The position numbers were made by a program, and so were the translations under genes. A stretch of DNA of 61,542 bases, filler included. It is 5 parts of 5 records of this genome, joined end to end, with 100 filler letters (N's around TTAATTAATTAA, not from the genome) between each part and the next. Parts side by side here need not be neighbours in the genome. Positions count along the whole stretch, not along the records: positions 28,683 to 44,992 come from SRR31156797_17871; 4 more parts are not named here. One strand, given 5' to 3'. The number at the start of each line of letters is the position of its first letter. Position 1 is the first letter of the stretch. The notes below the pieces were generated by a model. That model was not told the DNA's origin and made no database searches. It saw only the letters and a list, made by a program, of their open reading frames with translations. Shown here piece after piece: positions 31,033 to 39,299 of the stretch.

Positions 31033-31920
31033 TTATTTCCCCAATTGGTCGATTTGTCTTGTAATGGCGTGAAAATTTAGCGGTGATATCCTGGCCCCGT
31101 TCAGGTAGGTTCCATAATGCAGATGAGGCCCGGTTACCCTCCCGGTTGCGCCGACCCTGCCGATTTGCTCGCCGGGTGAAACCTCCTGCCCCTCCTTGAC
31201 GTCTATCCCGGACAAGTGGAAATACATGCTGATCAATCCCTGGCCGTGGTCTATGTAAACCGATCCGCCGGCAAAAAAATGTTCCCCGGTTAAAATCACC
31301 TTACCCACGGCTGGAGCGACCACAGGCGTCCCGGTGGTTGCATCAAGATCCACGCCCGAATGGGGCGTCTTTCTGGGTTGGCCGTTAATTACCGTTTTCC
31401 GGCCGAATGCGCTGATAACCTCGCCTTGAACCGGCCTAAAAAAGCCCCCCTGCCATAATCGATCCGACGTTCGGACCGATAATGCTTTACGCACCAGCTT
31501 CCGTTCTTTTTTCGCCCGTTCCAAATCCTTTTTTGAAAGATTGACCTGGGATTTGTTCACTTTTAAATAACGAGTGCCGGCATCGATATCATTGATCTTA
31601 ACGGCGAATTTTTTCGTCCTGTTTTTTCCTTTTCCGGAAGATACTTTCACCGACACCGCATAACTGCCCGGCTTCAGCATGACGTCCACGCCAACAAGGC
31701 CGACAATGGTCCCGGTGGAAGTTTCAAAAAAGTAAGCCGACTTTTTATTGAACCGGGCGCTGATTTTGGATCCCGGAGGAAGGCGCCCCGCTTCTATTAC
31801 CATGACCCCGCCCCTGTCCACCGGGTTAGGCCACAGCCTTATTTCATCGGCTTTTGCGTCTACCCCCAACCCTAACAACATTATTATTATCGTTAAAATA
31901 ACTGTATTCCACTTATACAT
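31033..31920 (-). CDS. M23-family metallo-endopeptidase, secreted
   Basis: Signal peptide; HSGVD, IDHG, TGPHLH zinc motifs. Confidence 0.92.
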   Translation of the reverse strand: MYKWNTVILTIIIMLLGLGVDAKADEIRLWPNPVDRGGVMVIEAGRLPPGSKISARFNKKSAYFFETSTGTIVGLVGVDVMLKPGSYAVSVKVSSGKGKNRTKKFAVKINDIDAGTRYLKVNKSQVNLSKKDLERAKKERKLVRKALSVRTSDRLWQGGFFRPVQGEVISAFGRKTVINGQPRKTPHSGVDLDATTGTPVVAPAVGKVILTGEHFFAGGSVYIDHGQGLISMYFHLSGIDVKEGQEVSPGEQIGRVGATGRVTGPHLHYGTYLNGARISPLNFHAITRQIDQLGK

Positions 31921-32047
31921 CTTCCACCTGTTACTTCCGCTTTCCAGCCTGCTTTAAGACCTTATCTTGCCTTTGAATGAATCCAATTTCAATAGCAAAC
32001 AATACTGTTCATGCCATAAACCTGATCGTCCCACCGGGTTTTACAAC

Positions 32048-32084
32048 AAAAAAACCCTCAACGGGGGATCGCCCCGATGAGGGT
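32048..32084 (-). terminator. rho-independent terminator after etfA
   Basis: ACCCTCATCGGGG/CCCCGTTGAGGGT stem followed by T-run on the minus strand. Confidence 0.8.
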
Positions 32085-32143
32085 CATTTATATACAGGGG
32101 CTCTCGACCTTGGTGCGGCCGAAAACCCACTAGGTGCGGAGCA

Positions 32144-33130
32144 TTACTCCTTGAATTTTTTGAACTCTTCGGTCATGACCGGCACTGCGTCAAACAGGTC
32201 GGCGACGACGCCATAATCAGCCTTCTGGAATATCGGCGCTTCCGCATCCTTGTTTACCGCTACGATAAACTTGGAAGAGCTCATACCGGCCAGGTGCTGG
32301 ATGGCCCCGGAAATGCCGCAGGCGATGTACAGGTTGGGGCTGACGACCTTGCCGGTCTGGCCGACCTGGTCTGTGTGCGGACGCCATCCGGCGTCGACGG
32401 CCGAGCGGGACGCACCCACAGCGGCGCCGAGCACTTCAGCCATGTCTTCGAGAATATTGTAATTCTCGGGGCCCTTCATGCCGCGGCCGCCCGAAACAAT
32501 GATATCGGCTTCGGTCAGTTCGATCTTTCCGCTTTCATCCTTGAATACTTCCGCGACCTTGGTTTTAAAGGCGGAATCATCAATGCTCAGGGGAACGCTG
32601 ACCACTTCGGGCTTTTTGCTCTCATCCGCCTCGACCAGGGGGATGACGTTAGGCCTGGTGGTTACCATCTGGGGGTCGCCGGCCGGAAGAAGTTCAGCCA
32701 TGGCTTTACCGGCGTAAATTGGCCTCTTGGCTGTAACTTTTTTATCCGCGTTCAAGGACAGTTCAACGCAGTCCATGGCCAGACCGACGCCGAGTTTGGC
32801 GGCCAGGCGGGCCGCCAGGTCCTTGCCTGTCACGGAAGCGGACATAATGATAACGGCCGGATCGTTTTCCTTGACCAGGCCGGCTATTACGGCTGAAAAA
32901 GCGCTGGGCTCATAGTTTTTGACTTTTTCATCGTCAATTACAAATACCTTGTCAGCGCCGTAAGCGCCGAGCTTTTCCGCTTCGGCGGCGACGCCGGACC
33001 CGATGAGAACGCCGGTTACGCTGGAGCCGGCCTCATCAGCCAGACGCCGGGCCGCACTTGCAACCTCAAACGAGACTTTTCTTAATTCGCCGTCTCTCTG
33101 TTCAGCGACAAACCAAATTCCGTCTGCCAT
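32144..33130 (-). CDS. etfA: electron transfer flavoprotein alpha subunit
   Basis: [28 protein letters not shown]. Confidence 0.96.
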   Translation of the reverse strand: MADGIWFVAEQRDGELRKVSFEVASAARRLADEAGSSVTGVLIGSGVAAEAEKLGAYGADKVFVIDDEKVKNYEPSAFSAVIAGLVKENDPAVIIMSASVTGKDLAARLAAKLGVGLAMDCVELSLNADKKVTAKRPIYAGKAMAELLPAGDPQMVTTRPNVIPLVEADESKKPEVVSVPLSIDDSAFKTKVAEVFKDESGKIELTEADIIVSGGRGMKGPENYNILEDMAEVLGAAVGASRSAVDAGWRPHTDQVGQTGKVVSPNLYIACGISGAIQHLAGMSSSKFIVAVNKDAEAPIFQKADYGVVADLFDAVPVMTEEFKKFKE

Positions 33131-33156
33131 TTATCTATCTCCTTTCCCTTCCCGGC

Positions 33157-33930
33157 CTAAACAACCTTGGCTTCCTCATGGAGCAAGCGGACCAGTTCAA
33201 CGGCCTTTTCTTCAGTGGTTTCTCCCTCAATGATCTTTCCGGCGGCGCGCTCGGGCGGCGGAGTGATCGCGACAACTTCCAGCCTGGATCCCAGAGTGAC
33301 TCCAAGGCCGGCCGGGTCTTTCTTGTCGAGGGGCTTCTTTTTGGCTTTCATGATGCCGGGCAGGGATGCATACCGGGGTTCATTAAGACCTTTCTGTGTG
33401 GTCAGGACCGCCGGCAGGCTGGCTTCATAAACCATGGTCTGGCCTTCGACCGGACGATCGGCTTTCATGCTCTTGCCGTCTTCGGCTACTTCAACCTTAA
33501 CGGCCAGGGCGACGTGGGCGACATCGAGCAGTTCGGCCAGGGCGGCGCCAACCTGGGCCTGGTCGTTATCAACGGCCCTCTGTCCGCAAAAACAAATGTC
33601 GCAGGAAATTTCCTTGATGGCCGCGGCCAACAGTTCGGCGGTTGTAATCGGATCCAGTTCCGTGGTTTCGGTTTCAATGTGCACGGCCTTGTCGGCGCCC
33701 ATGGCCAGGGCGGTACGCAGGCTCTCAACAACACGGGCCGGCCCCACGCTGACGACCGTAACGGATCCTCCGAATTTTTCCTTGATTCTTAGAGCTTCTT
33801 CAACCCCGAATTCACAATAAGGGTTCATGATCCATTTGATATCGGCGGTGTCGATGGACTTTCCATCACCCCCGACCTTGATCTGGGTTTCCGTATCCGG
33901 AACCTGTTTCAGACAAGCGACGATTTCCAC
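33157..33930 (-). CDS. etfB: electron transfer flavoprotein beta subunit
   Basis: KQVPDT, ALAMGAD, NEPRYASL; GTG start after AGGAGGAG. Confidence 0.96.
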   Translation of the reverse strand: MEIVACLKQVPDTETQIKVGGDGKSIDTADIKWIMNPYCEFGVEEALRIKEKFGGSVTVVSVGPARVVESLRTALAMGADKAVHIETETTELDPITTAELLAAAIKEISCDICFCGQRAVDNDQAQVGAALAELLDVAHVALAVKVEVAEDGKSMKADRPVEGQTMVYEASLPAVLTTQKGLNEPRYASLPGIMKAKKKPLDKKDPAGLGVTLGSRLEVVAITPPPERAAGKIIEGETTEEKAVELVRLLHEEAKVV

Positions 33931-34016
33931 ATTCTCCTCCTTTCATCGGCACACGCCGGCAGCCGGTCGGACCGACATAAACATTAGTATCAATGGAATA
34001 TCGGGGCTTTTTTTAC

Positions 34017-34619
34017 TCAGGCCGCTATCCCTTTGATAAAAAAATTACTAATCTGTTCAGCGGCAGTGTTTATACTGTACTTTTTCTTTGTTGACAAGAC
34101 CCAGAATCGACTCATTTCATCAAGGGCGCCGAAAAGGGCCCTTTTTACGATGCCGGGCTCAACATCCGCGCGGATTAAACCCTGCTCCTTGCCTTCTCTG
34201 ACAATGGCGGAAATAATGTCAAGATATTCGTAAAATTTCTCGTTTCGATACTCTTTCATAAATTTTGTGGACTGACGCAATTCGACTTGTATAACTTCCG
34301 CCATATCCTTGTCGCTCTCAATCAAAGAAAGGTGGGCGACTGCAAAACGATGTAATTTTTCTAGCGCATTCGCGCCTTTTTCAACTTCCCTCTGGACATT
34401 ATCTATAACGATCTTCATCCCGTCTTCAAACAACTTGATGAGTATATCGTCCTTGTTCTGAAAATAAAGATAAATAGTGCCGTCCGCGACGCCGGCTTCC
34501 TTGGCGATTTCCGATACCCTGGCCTGATAAAAGCCCTTGCGGGCAAATACCCTGATGGCGGCTTCGAGTATACACCGGTATTTTTCCGGTTTTTTTTCTT
34601 TAAGATCGTTCAGACTCAC
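34017..34619 (-). CDS. fadR: TetR-family regulator, Bacillus FadR/YsiA-like
   Basis: IAKEAGVADGTIYLYFQNKDDIL, VIQVELRQS and FGALDE match B. subtilis FadR as recalled; upstream of etfBA. Confidence 0.82.
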   Translation of the reverse strand: MSLNDLKEKKPEKYRCILEAAIRVFARKGFYQARVSEIAKEAGVADGTIYLYFQNKDDILIKLFEDGMKIVIDNVQREVEKGANALEKLHRFAVAHLSLIESDKDMAEVIQVELRQSTKFMKEYRNEKFYEYLDIISAIVREGKEQGLIRADVEPGIVKRALFGALDEMSRFWVLSTKKKYSINTAAEQISNFFIKGIAA

Positions 34620-34644
34620 TTGTCACGCTCTACATCTGGTCTTG

Positions 34645-34699
34645 ATGAATGACGGTTCATTCAAAAAAGTAGTTAGCAGATCAATAAACAATATGTCAA
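34645..34699 (-). promoter_or_regulatory. sigma70 promoter + FadR-type operator of fadR-etfB-etfA
   Basis: TTGACA (34699-34694)-18bp(TGn)-TAACTA, then 5 bp, then TTGAATGA-ACCG-TCATTCAT (34664-34645). Confidence 0.8.
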
Positions 34700-34892
34700 G
34701 ACATTTCATTATTTAACAAACTTCTTGACCTGCTGTATGTTCACCGCCCTTTTATATGACATTATTAAGACAATTTCATTTTTATGTAAATCATTTCCAT
34801 GGAATTTGGTATACCTGTAAAGTCTGAAAAGATCAAGCAGCCATGCGCCGGCCGCCGTCGTCGTATACCGGCTGTGCAAGGAAGATTAACAA

Positions 34893-35726
34893 ATGGAAAT
34901 CTTTATTCGCAACCAGCTTTATAAAGGCCTACTAAAAGCCGCGGTCCTCGATTGGGCGGGAACCGTGGTCGATTACGGATGTATCGGACCCGTGGCGGTT
35001 TTTATCGAAATATTCCGAAAATACGGCGTCGAAGTCAGCCTGGCCGAAGCCAGGGGTCCCATGGGTCTGGCCAAAAAAGACCACATCAGGGCGATGTGCG
35101 CCATGGATGACGTCGCCCGAAAGTGGGAAGAAGCCCATGGGCGAAGGCCGAATGAATCGGATGTGGAAAAAATGTACCCCGAAACCGAACAGATGATGGT
35201 TGAAAGCCTGTCGAAATATGCGGATCCAATCCCCGGAGCGGTCGAAACTATAAAAGCTTTCAGGTCCATGGGTCTGAAAATAGGCACTACCACAGGGTAC
35301 ACCCGGCCCATGGTTGAAATACTGGCCCCGGCCGCGGCTAAAAAAGGATACATCCCGGACGAAGTCATCTGTTCTTCAGACGCCCCCAAGGGCAGGCCTT
35401 ATCCATTCATGTGCTACCTGAATGCAATCAAACTCGAAACATACCCTTTTGAAGCTATGGTCAAGATAGGCGACACCATAGCGGACATCCAGGAGGGCCT
35501 TAACGCCGGCATGTGGACCATTGGTCTGACCCGGACCGGCAACGATATCGGTCTTACCGAAGAGGAGACCATGGCCCTGCCTTCAAATGAATTAAAAGCG
35601 AGGCTGGCCGAAGTGGAAGCTTCATTCAAAAATGCCGGCGCCCACTACGTCGCTGAAGGAATCTGGGATTGCCCTCTGATCATCGCCCGCATAAACGAAA
35701 GACTCGCCGCCGGCGAAAGGCCCTGA
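34893..35726 (+). CDS. phnX: phosphonoacetaldehyde hydrolase (phosphonatase)
   Basis: HAD motif DWAGTVVDYG, PMGLAKKDHI (Schiff-base Lys), GRPYP, KIGDT..DI.EGLNAGMW. Confidence 0.92.
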   Translation: MEIFIRNQLYKGLLKAAVLDWAGTVVDYGCIGPVAVFIEIFRKYGVEVSLAEARGPMGLAKKDHIRAMCAMDDVARKWEEAHGRRPNESDVEKMYPETEQMMVESLSKYADPIPGAVETIKAFRSMGLKIGTTTGYTRPMVEILAPAAAKKGYIPDEVICSSDAPKGRPYPFMCYLNAIKLETYPFEAMVKIGDTIADIQEGLNAGMWTIGLTRTGNDIGLTEEETMALPSNELKARLAEVEASFKNAGAHYVAEGIWDCPLIIARINERLAAGERP

Positions 35727-36007
35727 CAGGCTTCATTCTTTATCTTCAATATTCATTATCTTTATCTTCATGTAATGCGGGGGTGCTCCCCCTCGCCTGC
35801 GGCCTATTTATTTCTTTATTTAATTCTTTAATAAAGACACCCAAGTTTCAAAAAAATAAGATGAAGGGCCGGCCGGCAAAAGACGTTTAAATATATTTTT
35901 TTTGCTGTTCCTCCTTACTTATATTGAATAAAAAATGGGTGTCAAAATATATTTCTTAATTCCCATGTCCTACTTTTACTATGATTATTGCTTGCATTCT
36001 TCTTGAT

Positions 36008-36023
36008 TGTTTGCTATCAAACA
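36008..36023. promoter_or_regulatory. putative MarR operator
   Basis: Inverted repeat TGTTTG-CTAT-CAAACA 5 bp before the probable marR ATG. Confidence 0.5.
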
Positions 36024-36028
36024 TTCGC

Positions 36029-36466
36029 ATGCGAACAAAATCTTCGAAACCCAAATACTTAATTTGCTCACTAACCTCGCTTGCGGCCAGAAAAATGGCG
36101 GCTCATTACTCACAAGTGCTAGCCCCATTTGGTTTGACCGCTCAACAGGTTATGGCCATGAACGTATTATGGGGCGAAGAAGGCCTAAGCCTGGGGGAAT
36201 TCGCCCGCAGAGCCGAAATAGGCAAGGCCGCGGCCACGGCCATGATCAAGCGCCTTGAAGGCATGGGACTCGTCGTCACCGGTCCCCACCCGGGCGACGC
36301 CCGTCTCAACGTCATAAAAGTCACCCCCATAGCCCGGGAACTGGCCCCGGAAGTCAGGGGAATCCTGGACGATATGGAAAAAAAGATCAGAGAAGCCATA
36401 GGCGAAGAAGACCTTAAAATAATGCTCCGAGGTCTTTCCGCCATATGCAAGCTCGATTTGAAATAG
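36029..36466 (+). CDS. MarR-family transcriptional regulator
   Basis: GLTAQQ..., IKRLEGMGLV...DARL winged helix. Confidence 0.88.
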   Translation: MRTKSSKPKYLICSLTSLAARKMAAHYSQVLAPFGLTAQQVMAMNVLWGEEGLSLGEFARRAEIGKAAATAMIKRLEGMGLVVTGPHPGDARLNVIKVTPIARELAPEVRGILDDMEKKIREAIGEEDLKIMLRGLSAICKLDLK

Positions 36467-36501
36467 GACTGATTGGATTAAGAATTATTGAGGTGAATCA
36501 C

Positions 36502-37185
36502 ATGCAAGCTGAAAAAATTCTGTCGGCGGCCCGGCAAAAAAAACAGGCCGCCTTATCCGAATATGAGTCAAAGTTGCTGCTGGCCGAATACGGAATCCCG
36601 GTAACCCGCGAAGGGTTGGCCCGCAGCAAGGACGAAGCAATGGCGCTGGCCCGCGAAATAGGTTTTCCCTTGGCCGTCAAAGCGTGTTCTCCAGAACTCA
36701 TGCATAAGAGCGAAGGAGGCTGGATTGAGCTTAACATAAAGAATGAAGCTGAATTAACCCAGGCTTTTGAAAACATAATCAGTAAAGCCGGAGACGCCAT
36801 TGACGGGGTTTTGATTCAGGAAATGGTCTCGGGGCAGCGTGAACTTGTTGCGGGATTAAACCGCGACCCCCAGTTCGGACCATGCATAATGCTCGGCCTG
36901 GGCGGAGTAATGACCGAAGTATTAAAAGACACAGCGTTTCGAATGGCGCCCATTGACAAAATAGAGGCCCGGGACATGGCGGACCAACTGCGCTGTCGCT
37001 CAATGTTGGATGAATTCCGCGGCCAGGCGCCGGCCGACATGGACGCGGTCTGCCGCACCCTGGAAGCGATCGGCCGAATCGGCCTTGAACACGAAACCGT
37101 TGCGGAAATAGACGTTAACCCATTGATAATCGGGAAAGACGGCCGCGTGGTCGCTGTAGACGCGCTCGTCGTTTTAGACGGCTAA
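36502..37185 (+). CDS. acdB: ADP-forming acyl-CoA synthetase beta subunit (stand-alone ATP-grasp)
   Basis: RBS GAGGTG; LSEYESKLLLAEYGIP, HKSEGG (phospho-His), DPQFGP, EIDVNPL. Confidence 0.9.
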   Translation: MQAEKILSAARQKKQAALSEYESKLLLAEYGIPVTREGLARSKDEAMALAREIGFPLAVKACSPELMHKSEGGWIELNIKNEAELTQAFENIISKAGDAIDGVLIQEMVSGQRELVAGLNRDPQFGPCIMLGLGGVMTEVLKDTAFRMAPIDKIEARDMADQLRCRSMLDEFRGQAPADMDAVCRTLEAIGRIGLEHETVAEIDVNPLIIGKDGRVVAVDALVVLDG

Positions 37186-37306
37186 CACCAGGCCATTCAG
37201 GGTGAATTTCAGACCGGTCATTACCGGTAGTATTAACTATATTTTGGGGGACAGTCGCCGGCCGACGCTCATTCCCATGCAATATTCGAAAGGCTATCAC
37301 TTCAAA

Positions 37307-38770
37307 ATGATTACAAATATAGAAGAAAGCCCGCTTTATCGCATTGCCGATCCCAGAAACCTCGCCTTTTACGGCGCTTCCAACAGCGCCCGTTCCATGG
37401 GCTCCAATTTATTAATGTCCACACTGGAAATGGGATACAAGGGGACCATTTACCCGATCCATCCCAAGGAAAAAGAAGTTCAGGGATTCAAAGCCTATAC
37501 CAGCATTCTGGACGCCCCGGAAATACCGGATGCAGCCGTTATGGTCCTGCCGACCAAACTGGTCAACAGCGCCCTGGATGAATGCGGCAGAAAAGGGATT
37601 AAATCCGTAATTATCGTCACCGCTGGCTTCAAGGAAGTCGGCGGCGACGGCCCCCGACTACAGAAGGAAATTGAAGAAACCGCTGACAAATATGGAATTC
37701 GCATCTTAGGCCCGAACTGTATTGGAGTAGCCAATCCCCATAAAAGCCTGAACACCACTTTTGTACCCTATGAAGGCAAACCCGGCTTCATCGGCCTGGC
37801 TTCACAGAGCGGCAGCTTTGTAACCCAGATGTTCAACTACCTGTCTCGTTACGGCCTTGGGTTCAGCACTGCCTTCAGCGTCGGCAATGAAGCCAACGTA
37901 GATATCGTGGACGGAATGGAATACCTGGCGCTCTGCCCGAATACAAAAGTAATCGGGCTTTATATAGAAGGCATCAAGCGGGGCCGGGAATTTGTTGAGG
38001 CGGCCAGGGCCATTGCCCCAGACAAGCCGATTGTGGCCCTGTATGTGGGCGGCAGTGAAACCGGAAAAAAAGCGGGATTTTCCCACACCGGATCCCTGGC
38101 CGGTCCGGATGAATTATATGAAGGCGTCTTCCGGCAGAGCGGAATCATCAGGGCGCATTCAATCAACGAACTTTTTGATTATTGCTGGGTGCTGGGATCG
38201 CTTCCGCTCCCGCGCGGCAATAGAGCAGTCGTCCAGACTCATTCCGGCGGCCCCGGCGCCGCGGCCGCGGATTCATGCGGCCGGGCAGGCCTTGACCTTC
38301 CGCCTCTTTCCGCGGAAACAAAAGAAAAACTGTCTGATCTCGTTCCCCATACCGGCAGCCTTAACAACCCGGTGGATGTGACTTTTTCTAGAAACCCGCA
38401 GGATTTTTACACTACGATTCCGGAGATTCTGCTCCAGGATCCGAATGTAGACATGCTTATGGCCTACTACATGACCCCGGATGCCGTCGTCCAAAGAAAC
38501 ATCGAACAAATGGGGGTGTCCGGCGATAAGGCGGTCGCCGAAGCAAAAAAAGTCATGCAGGCATTCGCCGCTTCTGTATTGAAAATGGTTAAAGAACAGG
38601 ACAAGCCCATAATCGGGTATACCTGGCGGGACCTGAACGAGAGTTTCACAAAGGAACTCATTGACGGCGGCTTTCCGGTTTTTCCCGACGCCCAAAGGGC
38701 CGCCAGGGCCATGGGGGCCATGGTCCATTATAAAAAACTGCGCGACAAGATCCTTTCCGCCGATAAATAA
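37307..38770 (+). CDS. acdA: ADP-forming acyl-CoA synthetase alpha subunit, paralog 1
   Basis: CoA-binding domain, GPNCIG, SQSGS, GNEA, SHTGSLAG (phospho-His), NPVD. Confidence 0.9.
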   Translation: MITNIEESPLYRIADPRNLAFYGASNSARSMGSNLLMSTLEMGYKGTIYPIHPKEKEVQGFKAYTSILDAPEIPDAAVMVLPTKLVNSALDECGRKGIKSVIIVTAGFKEVGGDGPRLQKEIEETADKYGIRILGPNCIGVANPHKSLNTTFVPYEGKPGFIGLASQSGSFVTQMFNYLSRYGLGFSTAFSVGNEANVDIVDGMEYLALCPNTKVIGLYIEGIKRGREFVEAARAIAPDKPIVALYVGGSETGKKAGFSHTGSLAGPDELYEGVFRQSGIIRAHSINELFDYCWVLGSLPLPRGNRAVVQTHSGGPGAAAADSCGRAGLDLPPLSAETKEKLSDLVPHTGSLNNPVDVTFSRNPQDFYTTIPEILLQDPNVDMLMAYYMTPDAVVQRNIEQMGVSGDKAVAEAKKVMQAFAASVLKMVKEQDKPIIGYTWRDLNESFTKELIDGGFPVFPDAQRAARAMGAMVHYKKLRDKILSADK

Positions 38771-38801
38771 CGACCTGAAGCACTAAGCGGAGATTGGAGC
38801 C

Positions 38802-39290
38802 ATGAACACTTTTTCTTCATTTACAGATTTTTTTAAAAGACTGTTCGATCTTTTTCGCGGCCCGACTTTTTACATGACTTTCAGGCGAACAGATCCAAAA
38901 TTCAGGGAAAAAGTAATCCTGACCGTTTCCATGGCCAACAACTGCGGGGCCTGAACATCCCATCACCTCGCCGAGGGTCGGCGTTTGGGGTTGACGAGTG
39001 AAAACATGGAAGATCTCAACCTTCTCGATCCATCCAGGTTTGAGCACAAGGAATGGGTCGCTCTCAGGTACGCCCGTGATTACACCTATTTGGGAGGTCA
39101 TGAGCCTGCCGGCCAGGTTCGGGACGACTTTATCAGGCTCTACAGCCGGCAAGAACGGGAAGACATTCTCAAACTGATTCGCATGATGAGGTTTGCCAAT
39201 TATTTCAGCAATCTCGTATTCAAGCGCCCCTGGCGCCGGAACAAAGATGATGCGGAAGCCTGTTCGATTGGGAATTTTGAAGGCCGATAA
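38802..39290 (+). CDS. AhpD/carboxymuconolactone-decarboxylase-like protein with in-frame UGA (probable selenoprotein, CxxU)
   Basis: RBS GGAG + ATG 38802; REKVILTVSMANNCGA-UGA(38952-38954)-TSHH...LGLT...ALRYA...FANYFSN; 162 aa on read-through; SECIS-like hairpin right after UGA. Confidence 0.82.
38955..38993 (+). promoter_or_regulatory. bacterial SECIS-like hairpin
   Basis: CGCCGA-GGG-TCGGCG (38969-38983), G-leading loop 20 nt after UGA; lower pairing ATCCC/GGGGT. Confidence 0.7.
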
Positions 39291-39299
39291 ACAGGCGCC

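Noticed and set aside
38802-38954. Reading 38802-38954 and 38985-39290 as two peptides or a nonsense pseudogene
   Set aside because: Same frame, TGA falls on the CxxC position and a SECIS-like hairpin follows; Sec read-through is the simpler explanation
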